The notes beneath the pieces are model-generated. The model saw nothing but the letters and a program-made list of their open reading frames with translations, made no database searches and was not told the DNA's origin. DNA of 64,000 nucleotides from Paraphysomonas bandaiensis (lineage: Eukaryota; Protista; Chrysophyceae): contig CBFFRP010000115.1 in the NCBI GenBank assembly GCA_965644295.1, forward strand, positions 70,754 through 134,753. The letters are read 5' to 3'. Both the position numbers and the translations under genes were made by a program. This document shows positions 12,901 to 25,111 of the stretch, one piece after another (position 1 is the first letter of the stretch; each line of letters begins with the position of its first letter).

Positions 12901-14608
12901 TTAGTAAATGTATGCGAGTTTGAGCCTGCATATAACGTATAATTATGCGAATGATACAAGACTAGCACTGCGGCACACCTGCGGCATCAGCATGTATGTG
13001 CGCTTCCCGCAATAGTTTCATTAACTGCATTACCAGTCTGGCAGCACCACAGGCTATTTCAAATAAATCAGTTAACAAGATGTATCGATTACATGTTACA
13101 CACATACCAGCGGTGGGGTCAGAAATAGTTGAGATAAAATGAATTAGGAAGGCAATACCAGACTCGGAGTGCCCCTACAAGATAGATGAGAGTAGTTTGA
13201 CGGGTATACTGACCCAATGAATCGTGAACAAGGACTTAATAGACAAAACTCATGCAGTAATATTGTTATTGCATTGGTACTTCACTTGCAATGTATACAA
13301 CCTCTGTGCTGCATGCCAGATTCAACAGCAGAGAATCTGGTCTTGTTGCAGACCTGTCCTTGGATCCACCCATGCCCAGTTCTTCACATAATCTGCTGAC
13401 TTCCACCTCAAAATTCGAACCCGAGATCTGCAGCAGGTCTCCAAGCACGTCTAGAGCGTAACAAACGGCGGGCTGAACCGTCACAGGAGAGGACTGAGAG
13501 CCTGACAGTGTTGTGGAACGAGCCGTCAGAACCACTGCAGCAGCCTGATGCAGTCGCACCCACCACTTGCGACAGAACCCATTCACCTTCACAGAAGAGT
13601 TTCAGATAACGGTAATTAGAAAAAATACGCATGCAAGCTTCGTATACGCTTGGAATAATACAATACAGCATAGTTAATATAGCAAATAGTACCTCTTCCC
13701 AAACTACAGCGTGAGATTTCACAAGAGGGATCGACAGAATTCTCGAGAGCCCCTGTCTAGAGAGCGCCACCTCCCACTCCTCTCTTAATTCAGTGTTTTT
13801 AAAAGCACCATCTTTGCTCTGTTCGTTGGGGTATACACATTTGCTAAGCAGCAACCGTACTAATTGGGAGCAATTTCCGCTTGTGAGGACTCTTGAGGCC
13901 GCAGAGTGGTGGTCAACGATGAAGGCAATACAAGCCACAGCCATGGACAACACTTTCGGAGGCTTCTGACGGTCTCCCAAAGCAGTCAAGAGACCGTTAA
14001 TCACCGTATCACAGGAGCCAGCTTCAACCAACACCCTGGACTAACAATAACAAATAGTGGTAATTATTACGGTGTAGAGTATACCTCGCCGCACGACTGC
14101 TCCACGAGAAGAAGAGCAGCAGGGACGCTAGCTCAACTTGATTCATGGCGACTATCCTATTGACTGCTAGATCAGAGCTCGTGAGTAAGAAATTCTCTGT
14201 GAATTCATTATATATTTCTGCGATATAGGAATCTAACATCTTCCGATCCATCGAAGAGCTTGTGCCACATAAGCTGATGATCCACGACAGTGCATGGAAC
14301 CATTTTGCACAATACCTTGAACCCCTTGCAGGCACTGCATCTTCGGATACTTTTCGAAATGTCAATAGTCTTTGCAAAATATGGGAGTCATAAGTTTTTA
14401 ACTTTCCAGGGAAGAGAATAAGCTTAGATATATCTCCAGCACAGGCTAACTTTATCCCATCAGACAAGTCGTTCAATCGAATAGGGGTAGCCATCTTGCC
14501 ATGGTATCCTAAATTAGGAGCCTTCTGGTCTGTGTTGACCCTCCGTTGCTTATTAGAAGCCAACTCAGGGCTCGTAAAGGCTTTATCTCTTTGCGTCTTC
14601 TGTGCCAT
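9989..14608 (-). CDS. Large multi-exon protein: helical (armadillo-like) N-terminus plus long C-terminal coiled coil; CIP2A-like
   Basis: Chain of minus-strand ORFs (14024-14608, 13408-14034, 13266-13592, 12252-12758, 11682-12053, 9989-11533) separated by short intron-like gaps. The C-terminus DLAKHKDLISYINKLS resembles the CIP2A C-terminus as recalled. Not all exon joins were checked. Confidence 0.65.
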
Positions 14609-15271
14609 CTAAATCCACTTAAATGACACCGGTCGCAATCTACCCACAAGGGTTGAGCGAAAGACAGAAAAGGGAACAGGAATCTACTATGCGGTGAAAT
14701 CTACGAGTAAAGCTCTGTGGTTTAAATATGCGGACTTGAGTGCATAACATGCACCTGACTTGCCACTATACATATTCAAAATATCTCCTCTGATGGGCAT
14801 ATTCCCACTCTTTTCAGTTCATAATGCACTTTTTACTGCTTTCTGCAGAGTGAATATCCCTGTTATTTAGCCGTGTTTTTGAAAAAACAGTTCATTTGGA
14901 ATCAACGATTACATGTTTTTGTACACACATTGATCAAAATACCGCACTGTAGTGAATAATACTTCTGTATATCAAGCGAATCTTTAAAGGTGCAGTTATG
15001 TTTCAGGCTGTCGTGTTGGTGTTGTACGGGAGAGACGGTCAGTGAGGCGAAATTCAAAATTATGTATACAAGTCTTCCAGTATATCTGATATGGCTGGCA
15101 TCGCTATGGAAGTATGCGTTAAGTACATTCTAAAGCAATAGAGATTTAATTTCATTAATAAGGTGGAATATGCCTTTTATTTTTCATGAAGTGTAATACA
15201 ATGATGTGGAAGTGATATGTGTGCTGCTGGTTTGGTGATTGAATGAGTGTTTTCGTTAATCAGGAGGTGCG

Positions 15272-18200
15272 ATGAACAGAAGCTATCAACAATCTTTCCT
15301 CCATCGAAGTGTGTTGAAATCGCAGGCCACATCAAGCAATTCAATCACTGAACTGGAAGATTTGAGGCAATCACATAATGTAGCGGACTCTACGGCAACG
15401 AATGTTTTATACAGTGCACGGAAAGTGCGCAGGGAGGCCGATATACCGCTGCAAGAGACCAAACGGGACAAAATTACCAACATTACCGCACAGCGGAGCT
15501 CCATATCCAAGCCACCACTATCTGAATCAGGTACAAACACCACTGTGAAGAAGAAAGCTAAAAGTACTGGCAATATTCTGCAATATAGAATAGTAGATGA
15601 CGATGAATGGCGCAGAATAAGCACTTATAAACCTCAGAAGTCACGTCAAAGAGGACCCCGAAAAACCCTTAGCCAAACATTAAGTAAAACTGCCACAATA
15701 CTGGATGGTGGAAAGCTTAGTTTAGTGAGCAGTTATATTACCGAATTGGATCGCATTCCACCCCAAATTGCTAGTCGAGTTCGAACTTTATATTTAAGTC
15801 ACAACAGTCTCGAATCCCTTGCTGGTGCGGAACAGTTCATCAATCTGACTTCTGTTTCTGTAGCCAACAATTCGATTCGATTTCTAGATGAATTGTCGCC
15901 GTTAGCAACACTCTGTCACCTCGAGAAGCTGTCGTTAGAAGGAAACCCAGTAACGCACATGCCGTACTATCGTCAGTTGGTGATTGGCCTCTGTGGATCA
16001 AGTCTAAATACACTTGATGGCGTGAGGGTGACCGCTGAGGAAGCCAGCGAGCGCAGAGTTCACTATAATAGAGCCATTGTGCAGATAGAGCAGATGAGAT
16101 GTAGTGGGTTGCGTATGGCAGTATTGGAACACATGTATGGACTGATTCGATGCCATGCTGAAATAGTTCGGACAGTAGTTGGTCGGTTCAGGTACCCTTT
16201 CTCGCCTTACCTGCGTAAGCATAGTTGCATATTTTAGTATACTTTTCTACTTTTTTACAGAGTACTTACACAGTATTATTATCGTGCTAGTTCTGTGTAC
16301 TGTTTTTCTACGTCCTGATCTGTTAGGAGCTAATATATTTGTACCTAGGAGCATGCTGGGAATGCATATGGATGCCAACAGCGGATCTTGTGAGGCTGGC
16401 CGGGGCGCATCATATGTGAGTAGCGTACTTCGGTTTGCTCTTGCTGGAGGTGTGTTCAGATGGCTTCAGATAAGTGCGGGGCGCGACTTTGAGAGACGGG
16501 CCCAGGTGCGTCATCCTATGTACCATAATTGAGATAGATACACCATGGATGGCAGTACCATGTAGTTATATATATGCACCTTGTGCTGACTCATAGAGTA
16601 GGATCTTGCATATCGGATGTATATATCCGTTACAAGGAAAATGACGGACACTCAAAGAAATAAACTAAAAACAGAACCATCTCAGCAGGCCCATTTGTGG
16701 GATCGACTGACATCTGATTGTCTGCAGAGGCAGCAGCAGGCGTGCATGACCCTCGTACATCTCTGTGAGACATCCCACGAAACACTGTCGTTGTCATCAA
16801 GTGGCGGATCGGCCCTTAGAAGAAGTAAAGAATTTGAATCTGCTACAGGATTGTTACGTCTGAGTGTTGAAAAGGAGAACATATTATACCCGCAAGATGG
16901 GCACGGAAGTGCTGATGTTGTGCATGCTTTACAACAGCTTCAATTTGAGGGCTCACCACCTGTTGTTCGCCATTCCGATGGCGAGAGTAGTCGTCACGCC
17001 TGGGAGGTACAGGTCACGTACTGTGGTACTGGACCGCATTACCGGCTACCCATGGCAGATGTCCTGTCATCGCAAGATGTCCACGCCCGCAAGGAGCACG
17101 TTAAGGAGATGCAGCTTAGGGAAGTGGAAGCCCAGCGGAGGGAACTGCAGCTGCGAGAGGAAAGGACTATTATGGCCATGGCGGCCGAGAGAGATGTTGA
17201 TCGGGTAGGAGGAGGATATGTGTATGGAATTGGCATTGATGAAAGTGATGACAACAATGCTCAAGAAGAAGTGAAGCAGCAGTACATGCGCTTGCTTAAA
17301 CAAGGACTTAGTAAACAGGCTCATGGAGGAAGAGGTAGAGGACGAGGAAGAGTTAATGCACACCAGAACACTGAAAAAATGAGAAATGTTGATCGAAACA
17401 AAGCTGTATCTCCAGAACGAAGACTGTCGCCAGAGCGAGCTCTAAGAAACACGATTACAAATCCTTTTGATAATAGTAAGCAGAAGAAAGTTTCACCTGA
17501 TCGCTCGCCAAAATCCCCAGAATCAAGGCATTTTGATAATCACAACGACGTCCTTGAGACGGAAGAATTGCGCCCTATAAACACTTCTGATAGAAAGCCA
17601 TCCCATCACACAGAAGCAGCGTCGCCGGCCACTGATGCCCCAATAGCTCCGATGAGCAGAGAAGATATTATTCTGTCGATGCTCTACTCTCCTGAGGTTG
17701 AGTCTTTCATGAGCAGTCCTACTGAAAAAAATGGTTTTAACCCCCCTTCATCAGAATGGGCCGAGTCACTGTTCACAGATGATGCACTGGGCCTCTCATC
17801 TGAAGTCCTATTTGCAGCCAATGAGAACTCTCCGTCTGGTCCACCATCGCAGATTATTGGCGTGCCCCCAGTCCCATGGTCTCGTCCGAATACTTCTACT
17901 CAGTCTGCTCCATCAATGCGATCTCTGAACCGGCTATTTGAGAGTGGTATGTCCGATGCTGAGAAGATACACAGAGATACAAGAACAATATGGAGTTGTC
18001 GAGTAAACTTGCTTAAGAACATTGACAGAGCAGTGGAGAGCATGCGACTGAGCTCATCGCGAGGCGTAAGTGAGCTTCAGACTCTCTTAAGCGATGTCGA
18101 CAAGCAAAGAACGAAAAACATGCAAGTTCAGCGCGAGTGGATAGGTCCTGTTGACGAGCTATTGGGCGCCATAGAGGTGACTGTATATGAATAACTATAA

Positions 18201-21200
18201 CAAATTAACGAAGTACTATTTTTTAGGAGCGTAGAAGTGAAATATGTAGGCTCAAAGAAAGAGTACAAGTTGTAGAAGCTTCGATAGAGGAAATCAATGA
18301 AGATATTGTTTTGTCGGAGAAGAGAAAAGAAGATCTCATGTGTGGGGCAGCAGAAGGTATTTTTTAATATGTTATTTGCCTCCATACTTGTTTACTGGAT
18401 ATTCAGTTACAGATGCTGTGATGGGAATGAGGGATGAAATGGAGACTAGTGCATCTGTACGCGAAGCGATTCGATTTCATCATATCAGTACATTGGCTTC
18501 TGATTTTTTGCACTCGACAGAAACATTACGCTCCTTTCGACGCGAAGCTCTCCGCACCCTTCGAAGAAGAGTCCTTCGACAAAAAAAGATTCGCCGGTTT
18601 TATGAGGCTGCGTGTGCGCGCAGAAGGCGCGAGGTGCTACGTGTATGTATGAACCGGATCGAGAGTGCGGCGCAGTATGAAGGCAGGTGTCGTAAAGCAG
18701 GGAAGTGGATTAGAATCAATCGGACAGGACGGATGCTTCATTTATGGGCCGAACAGTACATGCACTCCAGAACTGTAAGAAAGTACTTGCTGCAGAGGGA
18801 CAGATGTAATCTCCGTACTGCAGTACGGTTTTGGTGGAATCTAGTTCGCAAGAAGGGAAAACTCAACAATTTATTGCGAGCACAGAATAGGCGCATTCTT
18901 TGGTTTCGCATGAAATGGATATTGTTTTACTGGCGTCAGTTGGCATCACGTTCACCCCGTTTACTTACACAGCATGGAGAGGTTACCGATCCGTATCAGC
19001 TAGACTATATAGCTAGGAAACACTTCAAGCATACACTGTTAATTGCTTGGATTCGACTCACAGCGACATCAAAACGAGACTTGAAGGACCGATTAACAGT
19101 TCTTAATCACTTGCATTGCGCGCGCTTAGTGGACAGTGGTTTCAGTCTCTGGCGAATGCTTTTTCTGAGTTATCGTCGATACCGAATAAGCTCTTACAGA
19201 AGAGGACTAGGAAAGTTGTGTCGGGTGGCCAAAATCAAAAGAGTGTGTCGGTGGGCAATACGAAGGGCAGTGGACTTTTATTCTTTTAAAAGAGTAATAT
19301 ATGCCATGAGGATGCTGATGCATCACAGTCAATGCAACATCAAACTCCGCCGTAGATTCGAGTCGGTTTATAAGCTTAGATTACAAAACCTAATAGCTCG
19401 AAGTCTACAGTCCTGGGAGACCTTGGCGCGGGAGAGAGGACACGAGAAGGAAAACAACACGAAGGCGATGGTTTTGTATATATACCATATGATGAGGGGG
19501 ACCTGGCGTGCCTGGTTGGCATGGTGTGCAGATAGCCGAGAGGTGAAGCGCGTTCGTCGTGCGCTTGCCGCTCAGGAAGTGGAAAACGAGAGACTTCGAG
19601 AACTCCATTATTCACACTGTCCTCGAGCGACAAGAAAGATTGTACACTCCACTGCATCCATCCGGCCCTCATTTGCGGATACTGATATTGATAGGTCTGA
19701 CGTTAGCCTGAACCCCCGCCAAGGTGTTGACCTGTTGTCTGATGATGAGGGCAGTTATTCTGACGAATACAGTGACTCAATATGCACTTCAGAGGAGGCC
19801 GCTCCATTGTGGACAAGATGCACCCGTCACCGGTATTCTAAAGAGAGTCGTATGTCATCTCGACGCCGTGGCATTCATACGTTTAATCCATTGCCTCATC
19901 TCAGAATACGATATATTAAGATTCGTTATTGTTTAATGAGGTGAGTATTGTAGCGTGTTATGAGTACGTGTTCAGTGATTCTCGTAGGTGGTTTATTGTA
20001 GCAAGGCGTCAGAAAAGGTTGGATATAGCGCATAAATTGACCCAGCGCCGAAACTGCCGTTTTCTACTAAGGAGTTACATGAATATAATGGTGCAGTGTT
20101 TAGCAAAGAGATGTCTCGTTCGCTTGAAAGATGCTTTGTCGTTGCAAGACGGAAAGCTAGACTTTGAAGAGAGGTGTGTAGTGGAAATATTACCCCAGTA
20201 CTGTGTAGCGTTCCATTGGTTATTATACGTAATTGATGAATTGCAGAGCGGAAAATGTAAAGCAGGAGGTAATCAAGATACGGTCAGAGTTAAATAGTGC
20301 TCGGGAGGCATTAGACTCTGAACGCGCCGCTCTTGCAGAGAAGCAGTCTCAGGCTGAGGTTTTGGAGAGCTCGCTGAGTGTAAATAGTGAGAGACTCGCT
20401 ATGGCACGCACTGAGATCGATAATATGGTATTGAAAGAGAAAGAAACACGTGATATGATCAACGCCATCCTCATTACCTGCAGTGGTACTAGTGCGACTG
20501 AAAGAGGGGAAAATGCTTTAATCAGCGATACGTACCGTCGTGTTTTGGGTATGTCCAGAGGGAGAATACGTGAGGAAGAAACCGAAAAATCGCAGCCCTT
20601 GTCACGAGAAGTAGAAGGTAAAGGGATGGAGCGTCCTCTGGCTGCGGAAATTGACGCCTATGTAGAAAGTAAGATTGCGCTGATGGCTGATGTAGAGAAG
20701 GAGTATCGCGCTGCTATCACAGCGTCAAAAGAGAAGCACATGGAGAAAAAGAAACTTCAAGACTCTGTTAATCAAGCTTTTTCATTGGCTCGCCATTGTA
20801 AAGAGGTTCTTCTTCGGCTTGCGAAGGAAGCTGAGGAGCTCAATGAGCAGAAGAACGCAGCAGAGAATACGCTAAGAGACTGTGAGAAGGCGCTTGATTC
20901 TGCTGTTGATCGGATCAGGAACAAGGTATGCAAATTTTACCTCTGTGACATGATATTTGGTGTTGCTGACTATGTATGTTGTATTATATGGGTATATAAT
21001 ATCGGAAACATAGGCCGAACTGGAGGAAATGGAGCTCACTGACTTAGCGGAGGAAAAGAAGGAACTTTTGAGTCGCACTGCAGCGGCTGAGCAGGAAGAA
21101 AACATGCTGCGATCTGTTTTGGAAGATTTGCGGCGTAGTGAAGCCCTTGAAGACCGACACACCATGGTGCGTGTGGTTTAAACTTATAACTGTTGTACAG

Positions 21201-21821
21201 TATACATGACACAAATAGAATATAGTGAAGCTGTAATTGTTTGTGCAGCTGTTGTGAACTTGTACCGGTATATAAACGCTAAATGCATTGTCATTGCAGG
21301 AGACAATTCCAGCGGTTGAGTTATCTACTCATGATGTGGAAGCTATTAAGTCACGGGCTACTGCACAGGCTGCCACTATACAAGCCAATAAATCATTGCA
21401 TACAGCCCAGTTGCGGTCAAGTGCTGCTTTAATCGATGTAGTAGATGGCCACAATGCGCGGTCAGATATCTCTCTGCTAAGACCAGATCTCCCTCCTTCA
21501 CCTCCTCTTCCGGATTTCTCGACCTCATCATCGGAAGATACTCGTGGAGTAACGCGGCGGTCTTTAGACACTCAACATAGTTTAATGAATCTTTCTGATA
21601 ACAGGGCGCTGTATCGTGTACATACGGCTTCAGTCCCCGTGTGTGAGCGTACTGCACTTAAGCAGTCCGTGTCCTCTACGGTGGGGTGTGATTCAGAAAC
21701 CAGAGAAAGTCATAGCAATGATAGTGATTCCATATCAAGTAGAAATGATGGCTTACATCAACAGATAGAGTCCTTATCGTCAAGAATACGGAGTAGACTA
21801 CTTACACCCCCTGCAATATAG
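15272..21821 (+). CDS. ~1,950-aa protein: N-terminal LRR + LRRcap, Trp/Arg-rich Sfi1-like repeats, C-terminal coiled coil (probably centriole/basal-body associated); 9 exons
   Basis: LRR motifs LYLSHNSL, VSVANNSI and LSLEGNPVTHMPYYR..LNTLDG. Periodic Trp in basic helices over 18400-20100. All eight GT-AG joins keep frame. Confidence 0.75.
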
Positions 21822-22198
21822 CATCTTTATATAGCACCTGTGTCGTTGTATATTACTAAGCCAAATTTGTAGGCATTGTGAATGAAGTAATAACGATGTT
21901 GTTTTCGAATATTTGGCTCTTAACCTACTGTCGTAAAATGCACTAGCTTTGCATTATTGGTGATGATGATAGTGTTATATCAGGATACTGCAGGTAATGG
22001 CAAATGCGAAAGGGGGGTTTACTAGCAATTGCACAGAAGTTTGGTTATACAGAATGGTGATCACATCCTGTTATTTCAAAGTGCATGTAAATAACTACTG
22101 TCGCTACAATACAGTCTGTATTGTTGATGCACTTAAGAACTATATATATATTGTTGTAAATAATGTACTACATATCAATGAAAAAATGAAACTTATAC

Positions 22199-23222
22199 TT
22201 GAACGCTACGAAAGCTGCTTGTGCGTCACCACAAGCACCAAGGTTCAACCACTTTCGCTCTATCACTCAAATCAAACTCAGTGAGCGACCAGAATGTTGA
22301 TATACCTGATATCTGCTAATTTCAGGATATTAGAGTCCTAAAGGTTCAACTAGCCACTATTTTGGTGCAGGTTTTTAACGTCTATTGCTAAATGATAAGA
22401 CTTTTAATATGAGTCCTGAAGGTGAGTCCATTCCAGAATACCTGACTTCAGTAATCCCTCAACAAAGGCGGACTCGCACCTTTTCGTGGTGTTCTGGGGG
22501 ATAAGTACCGGAGATATTCTCTCTTTGAAACTAACGTGAGCCGCAAACATAGTCAAGAGATATTTTTCTGCCCACTCATAGCCGAATGCTTGTGTGATGC
22601 AAGGGACACCAATAAGTGTCACTTGTGTAGACGTCTTTGGGCCCTGACGAATAAACAGGCATCCGGGAATGGGACCACCTCAAGGGTAACCGGGGTATTG
22701 GGCTGCTTGTTGAAGTCAAGCATCCGGGATGTTCACTTTAAGAACTCAGAGCGGAAGTGGTCGCACCTTGGTGCTTGCGGCGATGCACAAGCAGCTTCCG
22801 TAGCGTTAAATAGTAGGATAAAAAAGTGTGTACTGATTAGTTACAAGTAAAGGTCTAACTAGTTTGTCTAGCATTCATCTAGCTACTAAGTTGGTGCAGG
22901 TTTTTAACGCCTATTGCTAATAGTAAGACTTTCAATATACTATTATGACTTCAGTCCAATACCCCCGGGGCTGCCTACTACTGAAGTCAAGCATGCGGGA
23001 ATGGACCCACCTTTAGGACTCTAATATCCTGAAATTAGCAGATATCAGGTATACCAACATTCTGGTCGCTCACTGAGTGTGATTTGAGTGATAGAGCGAA
23101 AGTGGTTGAACCTTGGTGCTTGCGGTGACGCACAAGCAACTATCGTAGCGTTCAATGGTTGGAAATCAGAGTTAAGCATCGACTCTAAAACCTTAAACGC
23201 CTATAGATGATAATAAGACATT
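22199..23222. repeat. Cluster of R1 repeat pieces containing a 147-bp inverted repeat (22199-22345 / 23009-23155)
   Basis: The arms differ at about 5 positions. A forward copy lies at 22456-22850 and duplicated 3'-end blocks at ~22350-22405 and ~22880-22935. Confidence 0.85.
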
Positions 23223-23778
23223 CTCTCTATGTATTAAGGCCAGGTATGGGGCAGGAAGGATTGGTGATTACTGACCGTATTCAAGTGATATGCATGTGCA
23301 TTCAGTAGGATACAGGTGGGGCCTAAATGAGTTTTACATAGATATCTCTCTAGTAGAAAACTAGCTATTAGTGGCTGGGAATTGATTTTTGGAATTACAT
23401 ATGGGTTAATACGTTGAAAAAATACTAAGACCATTAAGTTGTTGAAATCTTAAAGGTTATGAAAGGATTTATATGTACTCCTTAATTAACATTGCTTTCC
23501 TGTACGCATGAACAAGTCAGATAACCCGTTCTTTTCTGAAAAATAATCAATAATCACGATCTACAATAACAACATGAGGAATATTGAGTAAAATAGCACA
23601 AAAAAGAGTAAGTACGATATGCCTAACACACAATTAAGTATGTAAATTACTTTAATAACGATTAAAAGCATACCCACTTACTACTAGGCGTTGTCAACGC
23701 AACCCGTGACATGTGTCTATCAATTGCATACCACACTTATCATGATATCGCTATATACATATATTCCTGTCACACAGC

Positions 23779-24281
23779 TCAAGCTTCACTCTCAGCAACC
23801 CTACGATGACACATACGAAGTTAATCACGTATTAATCATACATAGTTTATAAAAATGCGTACAGCAATATCATATCACACTTACATCATATTCGGGATTC
23901 CTTCAGAGATTGGAAATTTTCTACCAGTATCTGGGCAGATGAGAAATCCCTCTAGAATGTGAATATCAAGTAACAGACGATGCATAGCCTCAAGAAACTC
24001 TTGATCTTGCAGTATATCGCTACCCACTTCATTCGGAAGGCCCTGGAAACCAACAGCTGATGCAGCCACTAGCACAGACTGCCAGTGCAAAGAAGGAATA
24101 ATATGTCTCATAAACTCTACGTTACATTCCGATTCTACAACCTAATGAAAGAACTTCAACTGAACCAACGAAAAGACGCGCATAGTTATACCTCCATCTC
24201 AGATATTTCGAGTTGCAACGGATATCCGGCTGAGACTTCTTTTAAAGGCGATTTCAGAGAGTTGTGAGTAAGAAGCCGCAT
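23779..24281 (-). CDS. TRM112: TRM112 methyltransferase activator subunit; exons 24281-24192, 24141-23885, 23800-23779
   Basis: MRLLTHN N-terminus, GYPL, and HRLLLDIHILEGFLICPDTGRKFPISEGIPNM. Confidence 0.93.
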
Positions 24282-25111
24282 CTGTCTCTTGTACGTCACG
24301 TCTAGATATGTCTTCTGGTTAACCAATATTCCAATTCTGATCAATAATCGTCTCGTATGGTCTTCTGTTACAACATGTCTGTGCTGTCTGTCATAGCAGT
24401 GATATTTCATTGATGTTATCCATGATGAGCCATGCATTTCAGTGGTTTGATTGGTGGATGTGAGTCTACCAATCATTATCGTATATTATACTATGGTTAT
24501 ATATTATTCGCTGTATCTTTCTACCATCTGTAGTCAGTATGAATTTATTTTTTTTTGGTCCTCAACGGCACTGTAGATATATACAGAGTATACCGGATAC
24601 CGCCGTATACATATAAAAATACACTGCAGAATTCTAGGAGTGTACAATGGAATGGAGGATGTCTCTGTATGCAAGTACACCATACATAGGAATTCTGATT
24701 GAACCCTACATATGTACTCTGCTGTATACTGCATATCCTCTAGACGTACTGTACATATACATACATGTATGCTGCTGCACGGATCCACTGCAGAATGCAA
24801 CGGAGCCGAGTGTCGCAAGATAAACGCACTCCACTATATGAACCAGCTCAGTTGTATATTTACCAGATATAATCACACTCTCCACTTATCGGCGTCCTTG
24901 GCAATGAACTGACCCACCCATTGGTTCGGAATAAATCCAACTACATCAGGAACACTTGTGTGTCGTGATTCATATCGACCTCAACTATAAACTAGATATA
25001 TATATATATACTACACGCATAGAGCCTCAGCTAAATCAACCATACACGATTATACACTTTATATTCGAAGTTATTTATAGTACAGTTTTTGTAACGTATT
25101 TTGATATCTGA

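Noticed and set aside
22645-22660. CTGACGA / CTGAAGA in R1 copies as a Penelope-type hammerhead
   Set aside because: No correctly placed GAAA or stems, and the motif is not conserved among copies.
22456-22850. Open frame running through one R1 copy
   Set aside because: The frame is broken by indels in other copies and has no recognisable motif.
23113-23142. R1 GNRA hairpin with a 2-nt bulge as group II intron domain V
   Set aside because: It lacks the AGC/CGC catalytic triad and a full lower stem.
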